A stretch of DNA of 35,921 nt from Clostridia bacterium (GTDB lineage: Bacteria; Bacillota; Clostridia; DUPQ01), in contig JAUVJE010000001.1 of NCBI GenBank assembly GCA_030592355.1, positions 1 to 35,921 of the forward strand. Reading direction: 5' to 3'. The translations under genes and the position numbers were made by a program. Below are positions 16,427 through 27,184 of the stretch, one piece after another (the first letter of the stretch is position 1; every line of letters begins with the position of its first letter). Below the pieces are notes generated by a model. It saw nothing but the letters and a program-made list of their open reading frames with translations. It ran no database searches and had not been told where the DNA came from.

Positions 16427-19400
16427 TTATCTCGAGTAAATGCACACTTGCTCCATCAACCCCCATGGGTGTGTTACATACTGTTTTGTATATAATTCGG
16501 GTTCCGGGTGAAAAGACACAGCGCTTGTCCATTTTTCTCTGGAATTTGAAAGATGCAGCGGTCCGAACATATTTCTCGGAGCACCCATAACTTCAATTTC
16601 AATAAGGTTTTCCCCTTCATTTAGCATGTTGCCGATCTGCATTCTGTTTTTTGCTTTCCATGGAATAATTTGTTCATGTCCGTTTATTCTCACTATTGTA
16701 ACCACATCACTGTATTTACCCAGATCGAGCAGAAGATCGTCTCCCACGGATTTGTCATAGTCAAAATTGTATTTATACTTTATTCCTGCATGGTAATGGA
16801 AGTATCCCTGGAGACCCCAGTCGCCAATTGCCATCATTTCAGATTCTGTCGTAATCCTACGGTCCGGCGATACTCCGAAATCACCGATTACATATATATT
16901 CTCCAGCTCAGTCGATGACATATACCTGCACTCCAGTGTAATGTTGTTTAGTCCTTTCTTTAGCCCGGGGATTTTTATTCTTCCCATGCTTTTATCAACA
17001 AACCAGCCTTCCGGCTTTGAATCAACCTTTTTACCGTTTAGATATACTGTGTAATCATCCGCATCCTCAATAACCAGCTGCGACCATTGCGGAATACTTT
17101 CAACTTCAAAATCGAAAGACACTAAAAGTTTCGTCCCGTCGTTTTTATGTGCTTTGTCAACCCATTTATATCTCTGTGGACCTCTGTTAAGGTATATATC
17201 CCTCATTCCAAGTTTTTCTCTTAAGTTTTTTTGATTTAACCAGATTTCGTCAAGTGCGCCCCATTCTTCTTTTTCAATTTTAAATCTGCACATATCAAGA
17301 ACCAGAACATTTTCATCTGTGCGTTCAAAATCACACAGAGTACCAAGCCCTGCCAGGAATTCGTATGGTTTGTTTTCATCGGCAGCAACCGTCTTATGAC
17401 TGCCTTTTTTATCAAGCATGAATATTTTTGAATCAGTCGAACCGAATTCACAATCAAATTCCACAGAATCCAAAAGCGCCTTATAAGGAACCTTTTTTAT
17501 CTCTCCTGTCAGTGGGTCCCATTCCTCAAGGCTTCCCGTTCCTTTTAAAACAACGGTAGTTTTATATCCGGTTTCCTTGTCATTGTTAATGGCAAAAAGC
17601 ATCGTCACATCCCCCATGTTGCGCACCATGGTGAATATGTTTTCAGCCTCCGTCCCATGGGATAGTTTTATACTGACATTTCTGTTTAAATGTGACACGG
17701 TTTCTGAAATTTTATCCGTTCTGATGAAATTCGGGTTATTCAACAATTCATTTAATGAGTCGGACAATGTTCCCTCAATATATTTAAGCCCGCTGCTTTG
17801 ACAAATTACCTGTCCGCCTGAATTCATAAAATCTTTGAGCAAATTCACCGTATTCTGATACAGGTTTTCAGTTCCCGGCATAATAATTACCTTTTGGTAT
17901 TCCATTTCGCCTATTTTCATTTTCCCATCGTGGGCGTTTCCCAGCATAGCCATGATTTCCTCATCACCGTAATCAAAAGAGATATGATTGGACATAAGAT
18001 TTTTTGTGTAGTCATTGAGCCGGTATCCAACCTCATTTAATTTCAACTGCATTTTCTGTAAACGAGTATCATCCGGCTTGATTTCTGCATTTAACCAGGC
18101 TGTTGACAGAGGGTGAATAAGCAGTGCATCTAATATGGGATTGCCTTTGGACGTGAGTGCGCCAATACGCGCAAAATAGTCTTCAACCACATTATTATAT
18201 TTCCACCACGGGGTTTGGTAATTGAATACGGGTGGATAATCCCTTTTTCTGCAACCTTTCATTGAATACCATGTAAGATGCTGGCATCTGAGGTTAATTC
18301 CCTGGATATACTGGTAATCCCCAATCCATTTCTGCCCTTCAAATGAAAATTGCCAACCGGACACTCCGTAAGTTTCAGACAACATCCTTTTTCTTCCCGT
18401 TTGATTAGCAACGGAAGTACACCCCTTAATGGTCATATACTCAATAGTCTGGTCCCTTAGCATATCAATACCGGGGATATGCTGATAAAAATAGTTAAGC
18501 ATCAATCCTCCCGAAAGAAGGATATATGATCCAAGATTATTTTCCGCCAGCCAGTGTCCTGTGAACATAATGTTGTTTTCATCACACCAGTCGTAAAGCT
18601 GTTTTGAGAAGTGCTCCGCAAACATTTCGCCTATGGTTCTGAAATAGTCGTGTTTTGCAGCTTTTGACCCATCGCTTTCAATGAAAAGCAACGGTAGGAT
18701 TTTTTCTATTTCATATCCTCTCTTCTCTAAGAAGAATTCCGGCAATTCATAAGTAAACGCAAGTCTTGAATCTTTATCTTCATATTCATATATCGAGGAA
18801 GCTATGTTGGGTTCATCAGTGAAAATACCCGGTATTGTCTTTCCAAATTCACTCCCAAATCGCTTTTTGTATGGTTCATATGATGTTTCAATGAATTTCT
18901 TTACTGTGTCTTTATTGATATTGTCAGCGGGAGGAGTGTCGTTGAACCACTCCATGGGAGGAAGGTAATCAAGCTGAATGTGCAGGTATATTTCGGATTC
19001 GCTCTTTTCTTCATCCTTGGAAAGAAGCCTCAGTTTTTGTATTTTCCCCTGATTCATTACTGCGGAATAAGTATAAAGTATTTCTTTTTTTGGGTTCCTG
19101 TTTTCATAAAATCTTATGGATATTCCCTTTGCTCCGTTTTCCTTAATGCAGGTTACTTTCCCGCCGGCAGCACCTGAGGGCCATCTGTCTTCGTCATACA
19201 GCCATGCCAGCGTCCCGTCTTCTTTTGCCTGTTCTACACATGCCTGCACACTGTCCATCCAGTCTTTACCAAGATATTCTGACTCAAGCCCCACTCTGGA
19301 ATGCATGAAATATCCGCCCATTCCTTTTTCAATCATGTCTTTTGCCTGAACCTTGACTTCAGCCGGGTCCATTCTGTCGTTCCACGACCAAAAGGGCGCC

Positions 19401-19456
19401 GACCTATCAATGGGCTCCGGGTTTAAAAATGCTTTTTTTATTTCTGAATACTTCAT
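16427..19456 (-). CDS. Large intracellular glycoside hydrolase (1009 aa), possibly GH106-like alpha-L-rhamnosidase
   Basis: There is no signal peptide. The N-terminus looks like a TIM barrel (RSAPFWSWNDRMD ... KGMGGYFMHSRVGL). The C-terminal regions look like beta-sandwich folds. The gene context is rhamnose catabolism. The family assignment is from memory, not from a search. Confidence 0.5.
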   Translation of the reverse strand: MKYSEIKKAFLNPEPIDRSAPFWSWNDRMDPAEVKVQAKDMIEKGMGGYFMHSRVGLESEYLGKDWMDSVQACVEQAKEDGTLAWLYDEDRWPSGAAGGKVTCIKENGAKGISIRFYENRNPKKEILYTYSAVMNQGKIQKLRLLSKDEEKSESEIYLHIQLDYLPPMEWFNDTPPADNINKDTVKKFIETSYEPYKKRFGSEFGKTIPGIFTDEPNIASSIYEYEDKDSRLAFTYELPEFFLEKRGYEIEKILPLLFIESDGSKAAKHDYFRTIGEMFAEHFSKQLYDWCDENNIMFTGHWLAENNLGSYILLSGGLMLNYFYQHIPGIDMLRDQTIEYMTIKGCTSVANQTGRKRMLSETYGVSGWQFSFEGQKWIGDYQYIQGINLRCQHLTWYSMKGCRKRDYPPVFNYQTPWWKYNNVVEDYFARIGALTSKGNPILDALLIHPLSTAWLNAEIKPDDTRLQKMQLKLNEVGYRLNDYTKNLMSNHISFDYGDEEIMAMLGNAHDGKMKIGEMEYQKVIIMPGTENLYQNTVNLLKDFMNSGGQVICQSSGLKYIEGTLSDSLNELLNNPNFIRTDKISETVSHLNRNVSIKLSHGTEAENIFTMVRNMGDVTMLFAINNDKETGYKTTVVLKGTGSLEEWDPLTGEIKKVPYKALLDSVEFDCEFGSTDSKIFMLDKKGSHKTVAADENKPYEFLAGLGTLCDFERTDENVLVLDMCRFKIEKEEWGALDEIWLNQKNLREKLGMRDIYLNRGPQRYKWVDKAHKNDGTKLLVSFDFEVESIPQWSQLVIEDADDYTVYLNGKKVDSKPEGWFVDKSMGRIKIPGLKKGLNNITLECRYMSSTELENIYVIGDFGVSPDRRITTESEMMAIGDWGLQGYFHYHAGIKYKYNFDYDKSVGDDLLLDLGKYSDVVTIVRINGHEQIIPWKAKNRMQIGNMLNEGENLIEIEVMGAPRNMFGPLHLSNSREKWTSAVSFHPEPELYTKQYVTHPWGLMEQVCIYSR

Positions 19457-19514
19457 ATAATGCCCTCCGTTAAAATTGTTTCCCGGAATTTTACTTTAAA
19501 ACCAAAAAAATCAA

Positions 19515-20807
19515 TTATTTACTATCCCCTTTGCCTGCCTGCATATATTGCAGAATGCGTTCATCAAGTCCTGGCTTGACACTGCATATCATTTCACCAA
19601 ACATATTGTTATCCATACTGTCCGTTGTCAGTTTTTCATGGCCGATAAGCGCCCATGTGGATTCAACCAAATTGGAAAACGCTTCATTTCTCATGGCCTT
19701 GCATATGAATCCCTGTCTCGGGGAATTTATATCTTCGCCGCTGATCTGGAACAGTTGATGTTTTATGCAAAGATCCTTAACCCTGTTAAATTGTTTCATA
19801 GTGTTTCTTGAAGGCATATATGTAACGGCATTGAATCCCAACCGAGATATTTCCTTGAACAATTCATCTATATAGTCGTCCTCAAATTTCTGAGGCTTCT
19901 TGTCTCCGGTAATAGAATCGCCGACATCGCCAAGATATGCATAAGCGGATATACAGCCGTTTATTGCTGCGACTTCCAGTGCTTCTCTCACATCAGGGCA
20001 CTCCTCTGTCGCAGGCAGATAAAACATATCTATCATATCGCTCTTGATTGCGCTCAGCAGGTCGTATTCATAAACCGGATTGCCTTCATCCAGCAAGTAT
20101 TCTTCGCTCTTGGCACGAAGCGGCAGCTTCATTGTGTTTTTATAGAAATCCACCAGTTTTTCGCCTTTTCCGAATCTTTCGGTAAGTTTGAAAGCCAATG
20201 CATACGATATATGCCTTTCGGTAATACTTCCCCCGTCGCGCCACATGGATAGCATTGCAACATCATTTTTAAAATCCATTTTTATATCATGCGGTTTAAG
20301 AATCTGATTCAACTTATCTACCATATCGGAATTGCGCCTGTTTCTCGCCTTTGCATAAGGCCTTATCCATGATTGTATTTCTTCGATTTTTGTATGGGGA
20401 ATCCCATGAAGCGCCATATAGACTATTGAGTTTTGGTCCGGGTTGTTGATTTTTCTGCCGGCAAGCGATGTGTTGTCCATATTGACACGAATTTCCATCC
20501 CCCCCGTGGTAGCCATACCGATAATTTTCCCTGCACGGGCAAATTCAAGGCAGCCTGCGACAGTATCGTGGTCCATTATTCCTGCTGTACCAAGACCATT
20601 TATATATGCCATCCACAACGCTTTTGCAGGTGTGTATGGCGAAAATGAATATGATGTATGTATATGGTTATTTACGTCATTTGATTCCGCTGGTTTTCGT
20701 ATTTCCCCACTGTCTATTCCCTCTTTCAGTTTCGACAGGCTGTCCAGTCTTTGCTCCATTGACGGGTTGTTCAGGTTTTCAATGTGCTTTAAATAATAAT
20801 CATTCAA
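19515..20807 (-). CDS. PHP-domain metal-dependent phosphoesterase (430 aa)
   Basis: PHP motifs are present: NNHIHTSYSFS (HxH) and GIMDHDTVAG. It is the first gene of the same-strand cluster. Confidence 0.7.
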   Translation of the reverse strand: MNDYYLKHIENLNNPSMEQRLDSLSKLKEGIDSGEIRKPAESNDVNNHIHTSYSFSPYTPAKALWMAYINGLGTAGIMDHDTVAGCLEFARAGKIIGMATTGGMEIRVNMDNTSLAGRKINNPDQNSIVYMALHGIPHTKIEEIQSWIRPYAKARNRRNSDMVDKLNQILKPHDIKMDFKNDVAMLSMWRDGGSITERHISYALAFKLTERFGKGEKLVDFYKNTMKLPLRAKSEEYLLDEGNPVYEYDLLSAIKSDMIDMFYLPATEECPDVREALEVAAINGCISAYAYLGDVGDSITGDKKPQKFEDDYIDELFKEISRLGFNAVTYMPSRNTMKQFNRVKDLCIKHQLFQISGEDINSPRQGFICKAMRNEAFSNLVESTWALIGHEKLTTDSMDNNMFGEMICSVKPGLDERILQYMQAGKGDSK

Positions 20808-20962
20808 AATTGCACCTGCCTTTCCGGAGCAATACTCTGCTCAGCAGCACTATTTTAACAAATTCCCTTTTTAATTGCTATGAAAAAACTACAAATTCCA
20901 TAGCTTTTTAACAGTTACCCGAAAGGTGTTGATGAAAAAGAGGGCTTTTTGGGTAGCGGCAA

Positions 20963-20992
20963 TCGACACTTATTACCGGGGTATGATATTAT
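20963..20992 (+). promoter_or_regulatory. Candidate sigma-A promoter of the glg operon
   Basis: The sequence is TCGACA (20963-20968), an 18-nt spacer, then TATTAT (20987-20992). It lies about 35 nt upstream of the glgB ATG. Confidence 0.35.
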
Positions 20993-21026
20993 TATTACAG
21001 ACATACGGTAGTACGGTAGGTGGCTT

Positions 21027-22946
21027 ATGACTTTCATCAATGATGTGGATTTATACTTATTCAGAAAAGGCGTTGCCCGTCGGGCATACGGCTTTATGGG
21101 CTGTCATCCGTCAAATTCAGGATTCCGTTTCACTGTATGGGCTCCAAACGCTAAAAGCGTATCAGTAGTCGGCGATTTCAACAGCTGGGATTCCCGCCGT
21201 CATACTATGGACTTCATGGAAGGACCCGGTCTTTGGACATTGGATATTCCGGATTTGCATGAAGGACTTAACTATAAATTTCATATTGTCGGCAAGGACG
21301 GAAACGGCATTAACAAAACCGACCCTTATGCCTTTTTTAATGAACAACCTCCTTCAAACGCATCTATCATTAAAAAAATACCAAAATACAGTTGGACGGA
21401 TTCACAGTGGATAAAAGAACGCAGCCGCACAGACATTTACCATTCCCCTGTTTCCATATACGAAGTTCACTCTTCATCATTCAAACGCCGTCCCGACGGG
21501 TCTATATTGACCTGGGGCGAATTGGCTGATGAGCTTATTCCCTGGATAAAAAACCTTGGTTTCACACATATTGAACTCATGCCGGTAACGGAGTATCCCC
21601 TTGACGCTTCCTGGGGCTATCAGGTAACCGGATATTTTTCCCCTACATCGCGCCACGGCGACCCTGAAGGACTTATGTATTTCATAGATAAATGCCATAA
21701 TGAATCTCTGGGCGTAATATTGGACTGGGTTCCCGCACACTTTCCCAAAGACGAACATTCACTGGCGCGTTTTGACGGCACGGCTTTATATGAACATCCC
21801 GATTCACGACTGGGCGAGCAACCCGAGTGGGGTACCGCTGTATTTGACTACAGCCGTCATGAAGTAATAAATTTCCTTATCTCGAGCGCTATTTTCTGGC
21901 TAGAAGAATATCATTTTGACGGACTCAGGGTGGATGCTGTCAGCAGTATGCTCTACAGGAGTTTTGGCAGGGAAGACACCGAATGGCTTCCAAACGAGCA
22001 TGGTGGCGATGAAAATCCCGAAGGCGTAGATTTCTTAAAGCTGTTGTCTGAATCGATAAGGGAAGAAACCCCCGGAACATTGCTGATTGCCGAAGAAGCC
22101 ACTTCATGGCCCGGTGTAACGAAATCTGTTAATGAGGGAGGGCTTGGTTTCTCATTTAAATGGAACATGGGGTGGATGAACGATATTCTTAATTATGTAA
22201 AAACGCCTTTTGACCAACGGGCGGGCCATTATGATAAGCTTACTTTCGCCCTTCATTATCTGTTTTCAGAAAACTACATATTGCCTTTTTCCCACGATGA
22301 GGTTATACACGGGAAACTTACATTGCTTGACAAAATGCCCGGCACTTACGGGCAGAAGTTTGCGGGTCTTAGGGCTTTAATAGGATATATGTATGCAATG
22401 CCCGGTTTTAAGCTTTTGTTTATGGGCAATGAAATGGCTCCTTTTATGGAATGGCGTTACTACGAAGAGCTGGAATGGGACCTTCTTAAATATCCTGCCC
22501 ATAATTCATTTCGAAAATATCTTTCAGAATTAAACAAGCTTTATAAGGAAAATCCTCCTTTTTGGGATGAGAATCACTCATGGGATGGTTTCGAATGGGT
22601 GGTTTCAGATGATTCTGATAACGGGATTATTATTTTTAAAAGAATATCCCGTTCAGGCGGTAAAATCCTTGCCGTCATAAACTTTATGCCAAAGAACCAC
22701 AGCAACTATCGGATTGGTTTTCATCATAGAACCACAATAACCGAAATATTCAACAGCGAGTATGAAAATTACAGCGGATGCGGCATCGGCAACCCAAAAA
22801 CAATTGCCGCCGAAAACGTTCAGATTGGCGAGTGTCCATATTCATCAATAATAAACATTCCCCCTCTTTCAGCTTTATATTTTGAAATTGTTGAAACAGT
22901 GGTAAATAACAATAAAAGAGAAAGAAGTGATATCAATGAAGAATAA
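21027..22946 (+). CDS. glgB: 1,4-alpha-glucan branching enzyme
   Basis: GH13 conserved regions are present: [23 protein letters not shown]. The N-terminal CBM48-like segment ([20 protein letters not shown]) is also present. Confidence 0.95.
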   Translation: MTFINDVDLYLFRKGVARRAYGFMGCHPSNSGFRFTVWAPNAKSVSVVGDFNSWDSRRHTMDFMEGPGLWTLDIPDLHEGLNYKFHIVGKDGNGINKTDPYAFFNEQPPSNASIIKKIPKYSWTDSQWIKERSRTDIYHSPVSIYEVHSSSFKRRPDGSILTWGELADELIPWIKNLGFTHIELMPVTEYPLDASWGYQVTGYFSPTSRHGDPEGLMYFIDKCHNESLGVILDWVPAHFPKDEHSLARFDGTALYEHPDSRLGEQPEWGTAVFDYSRHEVINFLISSAIFWLEEYHFDGLRVDAVSSMLYRSFGREDTEWLPNEHGGDENPEGVDFLKLLSESIREETPGTLLIAEEATSWPGVTKSVNEGGLGFSFKWNMGWMNDILNYVKTPFDQRAGHYDKLTFALHYLFSENYILPFSHDEVIHGKLTLLDKMPGTYGQKFAGLRALIGYMYAMPGFKLLFMGNEMAPFMEWRYYEELEWDLLKYPAHNSFRKYLSELNKLYKENPPFWDENHSWDGFEWVVSDDSDNGIIIFKRISRSGGKILAVINFMPKNHSNYRIGFHHRTTITEIFNSEYENYSGCGIGNPKTIAAENVQIGECPYSSIINIPPLSALYFEIVETVVNNNKRERSDINEE

Positions 22947-24180
22947 TTACGAAGACAGAACTGTCTGCGTTTATCCATTGACGGCAAATATCAGAAAAAA
23001 GGAAACCGTTGCCATGCTTCTGGCCGGAGGCCAGGGCAGCCGTCTGGGGGCGCTTACAACAAAAATGGCCAAGCCGGCAGTGCCTTTTGGCGGGAAGTAC
23101 CGTATTATTGACTTTGCACTTAGCAATTGCACTAACTCCGATATTGACACTCTGGGGGTTCTTACCCAATTCCAACCCCTTGAGCTTAATTCATACATAG
23201 CAAACGGCCAGCCCTGGGATCTTGACCGCATCAACGGAGGCGTCTATGTTTTACCTCCTTATATGAGTGCAAAAGCCGGAGAATGGTATAAAGGAACCGC
23301 CAATGCCATTTACCAAAACATTGCCTTTGTAGAGCAATTTGAACCCGAGTATGTAATTGTACTCTCAGGCGACCACATATATAAAATGGACTACAGTCTT
23401 ATGATTGAATTCCATAAAAAAAATAATGCCGACGCTACAATTGCAGTCCAGACCGTTCCGATGGAAGAGGCCGGCCGCTTCGGGCTGATGATTACAAATG
23501 ACGACAATGAAATCATCGACTTTGAAGAAAAACCGGAAAACCCAAGAAGCAATAATGCCTCAATGGGCGTTTATGTTTTTAATTGGGATGTGCTTAAGCA
23601 GCACCTGATTGAGGATGAAGCAAACCCAGGTTCTTCAAACGATTTTGGGAAAAACATAATCCCGGCCATGCTTGCCTCCGGGGACAGCATGTATGCATAC
23701 ACATTTAACGGTTACTGGAAAGACGTCGGAACCGTTGAGAGTCTCTGGGAAGCCAATATGGACCTCCTTAACGAAGGATCCCCTCTTAATTTGTATGACA
23801 GCGATTGGCATATATACAGCAGAAATCCCGTAATGCCCCCGCATTACGCGGCGAAAGGCGCCGAAGTTTCTGAAAGTATGATAACCGAAGGCTGCATTGT
23901 AGAGGGTCGTGTTGACAACAGTATATTGTTCGCAGGAGTTGTCGTAATAAAGGATGCAGTGATAGACAATTCAGTTATAATGCCCAACACATTAATCGGA
24001 AGCAACAGCAGGGTGAATTACTCAATAGTAGCTGAAAATGTGATTATCGGCAATGATGTGGTGTTTGAGGGTGGTTCGCCTTCAAATATATCAGTCATAG
24101 GACCCGGGGCGGTGATTCCCGACGGTTCCGTTATCCCTGAGGGAGCAAGACTGTCGGCTGAAGATGCTGAGAAATTATAG
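22936..24180 (+). CDS. glgC: Glucose-1-phosphate adenylyltransferase catalytic subunit
   Basis: [16 protein letters not shown] and [19 protein letters not shown] are present. I prefer the ATG at 22936, preceded by AGAGAAAGAAG, over the GTG at 22927. It overlaps the glgB stop by 11 nt. Confidence 0.9.
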   Translation: MKNNYEDRTVCVYPLTANIRKKETVAMLLAGGQGSRLGALTTKMAKPAVPFGGKYRIIDFALSNCTNSDIDTLGVLTQFQPLELNSYIANGQPWDLDRINGGVYVLPPYMSAKAGEWYKGTANAIYQNIAFVEQFEPEYVIVLSGDHIYKMDYSLMIEFHKKNNADATIAVQTVPMEEAGRFGLMITNDDNEIIDFEEKPENPRSNNASMGVYVFNWDVLKQHLIEDEANPGSSNDFGKNIIPAMLASGDSMYAYTFNGYWKDVGTVESLWEANMDLLNEGSPLNLYDSDWHIYSRNPVMPPHYAAKGAEVSESMITEGCIVEGRVDNSILFAGVVVIKDAVIDNSVIMPNTLIGSNSRVNYSIVAENVIIGNDVVFEGGSPSNISVIGPGAVIPDGSVIPEGARLSAEDAEKL

Positions 24181-24195
24181 GGGAGGTGAAATAGT

Positions 24196-25323
24196 ATGAA
24201 AGACGCATTTGGATTAATTATTTCAGGAAATGAAGAACAGGAGCTCAGGGATCTTACGATGATAAGATCTATTGCAGCGGTTCCAATTGCAGGAAGATAC
24301 CGGGTTATCGATTTCTATCTTTCTAATCTGGTTAATTCAGGGGTTAATAATGTCGGTGTTATCACATACCGTAATTACCACTCCCTGATGGACCATATTT
24401 CCGGTGGCGTAGAATGGGATTTAAGCCGTAAGAGGGACGGTTTATTCATGCTTCCGCCTATGGTGCAGGCAAGCACAAACAGCGGATTTTACAAAGGCAC
24501 TGCCAAAGCACTCAACGGTGTCAGAAATTATATAAGTAGATGCTCTCAAAATATATGTATACTTCATACTGACTGCCGCACCATTTTCAATACCACTTAT
24601 TATGAAGCTTATGAATCCCATATTGCTTCGGGAGCTGATATTACCTTAATGTATAATACTACTAAAAATACCTTAAAAAAACCGTCAAAAAGTGAAATCA
24701 GAATAAAAACCGACGACGACGGACGGATTGTAGATATGTTCAGATACCAAACCTATAAACAATCCGACCAAATTTGCATGGACATATTTTTTATTAATAA
24801 GTCCACTTTGATAAGGCTTGTTGACGACTGTATCATGAAAGGCGGCTCGGACTTTATCCAGGATATATTGATTCCAAATCTTGAATTGCTTGATGTCAGA
24901 GGTTTCCACTATGCGCAACCGGCATATAAAATTGATACTTTGGAAGGATTTTTCCAAACGAATCTTGCTTTTCTTGACAGCAACATAAGATACCAGCTTT
25001 TAGAGGAAAGCGGTCCGGTTTATACCAAAGTAAAAGATGAAGTCCCCGCCAGGTACAGTAAAACTTCTAAGGTGGCAAATTCATTGGTGACTGACGGCTG
25101 TGTTGTTGAAGGCTCCGTTGAAAACAGCTTGCTTTTCCGCGGCGTTCAAGTCGCAAAAGGCGCGGTATTGAAAAACTGCGTTATCATGCAGGAATGCCAG
25201 ATACAGGCAAACGCTGTGCTTGAGAATGTAATTCTGGATAAAAAATGTACAATACTAAGAGGAAGACGACTCGTCGGAACCGAATCCTACCCCATGGTTG
25301 TTATAAAAGGTTCCACGATTTAG
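24196..25323 (+). CDS. glgD: Glucose-1-phosphate adenylyltransferase regulatory subunit GlgD
   Basis: It is a GlgC paralogue (AAVPIAGRYRVIDFYLSNL) that lacks the GGxGxRL loop. It sits between glgC and glgA, as in other Firmicutes. Confidence 0.85.
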   Translation: MKDAFGLIISGNEEQELRDLTMIRSIAAVPIAGRYRVIDFYLSNLVNSGVNNVGVITYRNYHSLMDHISGGVEWDLSRKRDGLFMLPPMVQASTNSGFYKGTAKALNGVRNYISRCSQNICILHTDCRTIFNTTYYEAYESHIASGADITLMYNTTKNTLKKPSKSEIRIKTDDDGRIVDMFRYQTYKQSDQICMDIFFINKSTLIRLVDDCIMKGGSDFIQDILIPNLELLDVRGFHYAQPAYKIDTLEGFFQTNLAFLDSNIRYQLLEESGPVYTKVKDEVPARYSKTSKVANSLVTDGCVVEGSVENSLLFRGVQVAKGAVLKNCVIMQECQIQANAVLENVILDKKCTILRGRRLVGTESYPMVVIKGSTI

Positions 25324-25335
25324 AAGGGATATCAT

Positions 25336-26796
25336 ATGAGCAAAGCGACAAAAGAAAAAAAACAAATATTATTTGCTCTTTCCGAATGTGTGCCTTTTAT
25401 CAAGAGCGGTGGTCTGGCGGACGTCGGAGGAGCCCTTCCGATTGCACTGAACAGAAAGCGCAGTCTGAACGTTTCTGTCATAATGCCTCAATATTCTGCA
25501 ATTCCTCACACCCTTTTAAAAAAAATGGAGCATGTCTGCAGTTTTGATGTTTTCGTCGGGTGGCGAAAAAAATATTGCGGAATAAACAAATTAAAGCACA
25601 GGGGCATAACTTTCTACTTTGTTGACAACCAGGACTATTTCTTTAATGATTATCTTTACGGTTACGGCGATTATGAAGCCGAGCGTTTTGCTTTCTTCAA
25701 TATCGCTGTACTTGAGGCTCTTCCACATATAGGTTTAAATCCTGATATTATTCATTGCCACGACTGGCAGACGGGCATGATTCCCGCACTGCTCAATATA
25801 AAATATGCATCTAGTTCACCCTGGGATAATATAAAAACCGTTTTTACTATACATAATCTTAGATATCAGGGAATTTTTGCGTCGTACCTCGCTTTGGACT
25901 ATTTTGGCCTTGACAGACATTTTGTTGATTCTGGTTTAATCGGTCATGACAATGCCTTGAATTTTCTTAAAGCCGCACTGACATATGCTGATAAAATCAC
26001 TACTGTCAGTCCTTCGTACTCCAAAGAAATCATGACGCGCTGGATGGGCGAAGGACTGGATTATAAGCTCGCCGAACGACAGGGAGATGTTATTGGAATT
26101 CTTAATGGCATCGATGAAAATTTGAACAATCCTGAAATTGATTCTGATATACCGGCGAACTTTTCTGCAAATGATTTGTCAGGCAAAGCAAAATGCCGAA
26201 AAGCCCTTAGGAAAGAAGCCGGTCTTCCGGAAAAAAATAATATACCGGTTATCGGAATGGTGGGGCGGCTTACAGCTCAGAAAGGATTAGACCTTATAGC
26301 GCATGTGCTTGACGATATTTTGAAACTGGACCTGCAACTGGTAGTCCTTGGAACCGGCGACGATAAATACTCCGATATGTTCCGCGAATATTCTCTAAAG
26401 CATCCGGATAAATTGTCCGCTTTTATAACCTTCGATTCGGCCCTTGCCAAGAGAATCTATGCAGGAAGCGATATGTTCCTGATGCCGTCACTGTTTGAAC
26501 CCTGCGGTTTAGCTCAGATGATATCCCTGAAATTCGGAACCCTGCCTATAGTAAGAGAGACAGGCGGACTAAAGGACACTGTTTTCTCCTATGAAAATAG
26601 CACCGGCCTTGAAAATGGATTTACTTTTACAAACTATAATGCCCACGATATGCTGTTTAGTATTGAATTGGCAGTGAATACATATAAAACTCAAAAGGCT
26701 GCGTGGAAGAAAATGCAAATTACGGGGATGAATACTGATTTCAGCTGGAAGGTTTCCGCAACTCATTACACAAGTATATATCTGGGCATGAATTGA
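25336..26796 (+). CDS. glgA: Glycogen synthase (ADP-glucose type)
   Basis: The KSGGLADV motif is near the N-terminus. The GT5 features HCHDWQTG and PSLFEPCGL are present. Confidence 0.95.
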   Translation: MSKATKEKKQILFALSECVPFIKSGGLADVGGALPIALNRKRSLNVSVIMPQYSAIPHTLLKKMEHVCSFDVFVGWRKKYCGINKLKHRGITFYFVDNQDYFFNDYLYGYGDYEAERFAFFNIAVLEALPHIGLNPDIIHCHDWQTGMIPALLNIKYASSSPWDNIKTVFTIHNLRYQGIFASYLALDYFGLDRHFVDSGLIGHDNALNFLKAALTYADKITTVSPSYSKEIMTRWMGEGLDYKLAERQGDVIGILNGIDENLNNPEIDSDIPANFSANDLSGKAKCRKALRKEAGLPEKNNIPVIGMVGRLTAQKGLDLIAHVLDDILKLDLQLVVLGTGDDKYSDMFREYSLKHPDKLSAFITFDSALAKRIYAGSDMFLMPSLFEPCGLAQMISLKFGTLPIVRETGGLKDTVFSYENSTGLENGFTFTNYNAHDMLFSIELAVNTYKTQKAAWKKMQITGMNTDFSWKVSATHYTSIYLGMN

Positions 26797-26807
26797 TTCA
26801 GACAATG

Positions 26808-26828
26808 TGGAGAATTACCCCGTCAGGT
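26808..26828 (+). repeat. Direct repeat copy 1 (GTGGAGAATTACCCCGTCAGG)
   Basis: It matches 27133-27153 at 19 of 21 positions. It begins 12 nt after the glgA stop. Confidence 0.8.
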
Positions 26829-27132
26829 TCCTGTCGTAGGAAATTCTTCACCAGACGAGGCTTTGGAGTTTCTCCATGAACACAGTGTATAATTGATACA
26901 CGAGTGAGTGTCTTGGTTTGCGCACAGGTAATGGGTATGTTCTTCGCTTAAAGCACTGTATGCTCCGGTACACACCCGGTACCCTACGCGCCTGATGACG
27001 TTTCTCGATTCCTTCGGAATCTGCGATACGCCATTGACATAACGAAGTAAAGCAGACATATCTTTATGAAAACTACCGGTTGGTTTTAGATACCAAAACC
27101 GGCAATTAAATAATTGTATATGACTGATGTTG

Positions 27133-27153
27133 GTGGAGAATTAACACGTCAGG
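27133..27153 (+). repeat. Direct repeat copy 2 (GTGGAGAATTAACACGTCAGG)
   Basis: It matches 26808-26828 at 19 of 21 positions. It ends 2 nt before the -35 box of the candidate glgP promoter. Confidence 0.8.
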
Positions 27154-27155
27154 AC

Positions 27156-27184
27156 TTGAGGATATTCAATCATTAATATATAAT
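27156..27184 (+). promoter_or_regulatory. Candidate sigma-A promoter of glgP
   Basis: The sequence is TTGAGG (27156-27161), a 17-nt spacer, then TATAAT (27179-27184). It lies 42 nt upstream of the glgP ATG. Confidence 0.55.

Noticed and set aside
21004-21019. A tandem TACGGTAG TACGGTAG just upstream of the glgB start.
   Set aside because: There are only two 8-nt units and they overlap the ribosome-binding region (AGGTGG). This is most simply a chance duplication within the leader, with no independent evidence of function.
26818-26845. Similarity of CCCGTCAGG...CGTAGGAA to pieces of SRP RNA, the c-di-AMP (ydaO) riboswitch and the TPP riboswitch.
   Set aside because: Only short fragments match. 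The other invariant blocks are missing or in the wrong order: GGAAGCAGC for SRP, GGGGGACCCA and GGGGTGAATC for ydaO, and CTGAGA for TPP.
26805-26879. A 24-aa plus-strand mini-ORF (MWRITPSGSCRRKFFTRRGFGVSP) that starts inside direct repeat copy 1.
   Set aside because: The second repeat copy is read in a different frame and stops after 5 codons. The repeat is therefore not conserved as coding sequence. There is also no RBS.
26970-26992. A T-box-like string on the minus strand (TAGGGTACCGGG).
   Set aside because: It does not match the T-box consensus AGGGTGGTACCGCG well enough. There is no specifier-loop architecture and no aminoacyl-tRNA-related gene downstream.
26991-27032. A CTGATGA box followed by a hairpin, resembling a hammerhead ribozyme core.
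   Set aside because: The obligatory GAAA after stem II is absent (the sequence there is ATAC). No stem I/III arrangement can be drawn.
26823-27059. A 78-aa minus-strand ORF in the glgA-glgP spacer.
   Set aside because: It has no RBS. Its composition is odd for a protein of this genome (rich in Cys, His, Arg and Ser). It lies antisense within an otherwise plus-strand operon. I treat the region as non-coding.
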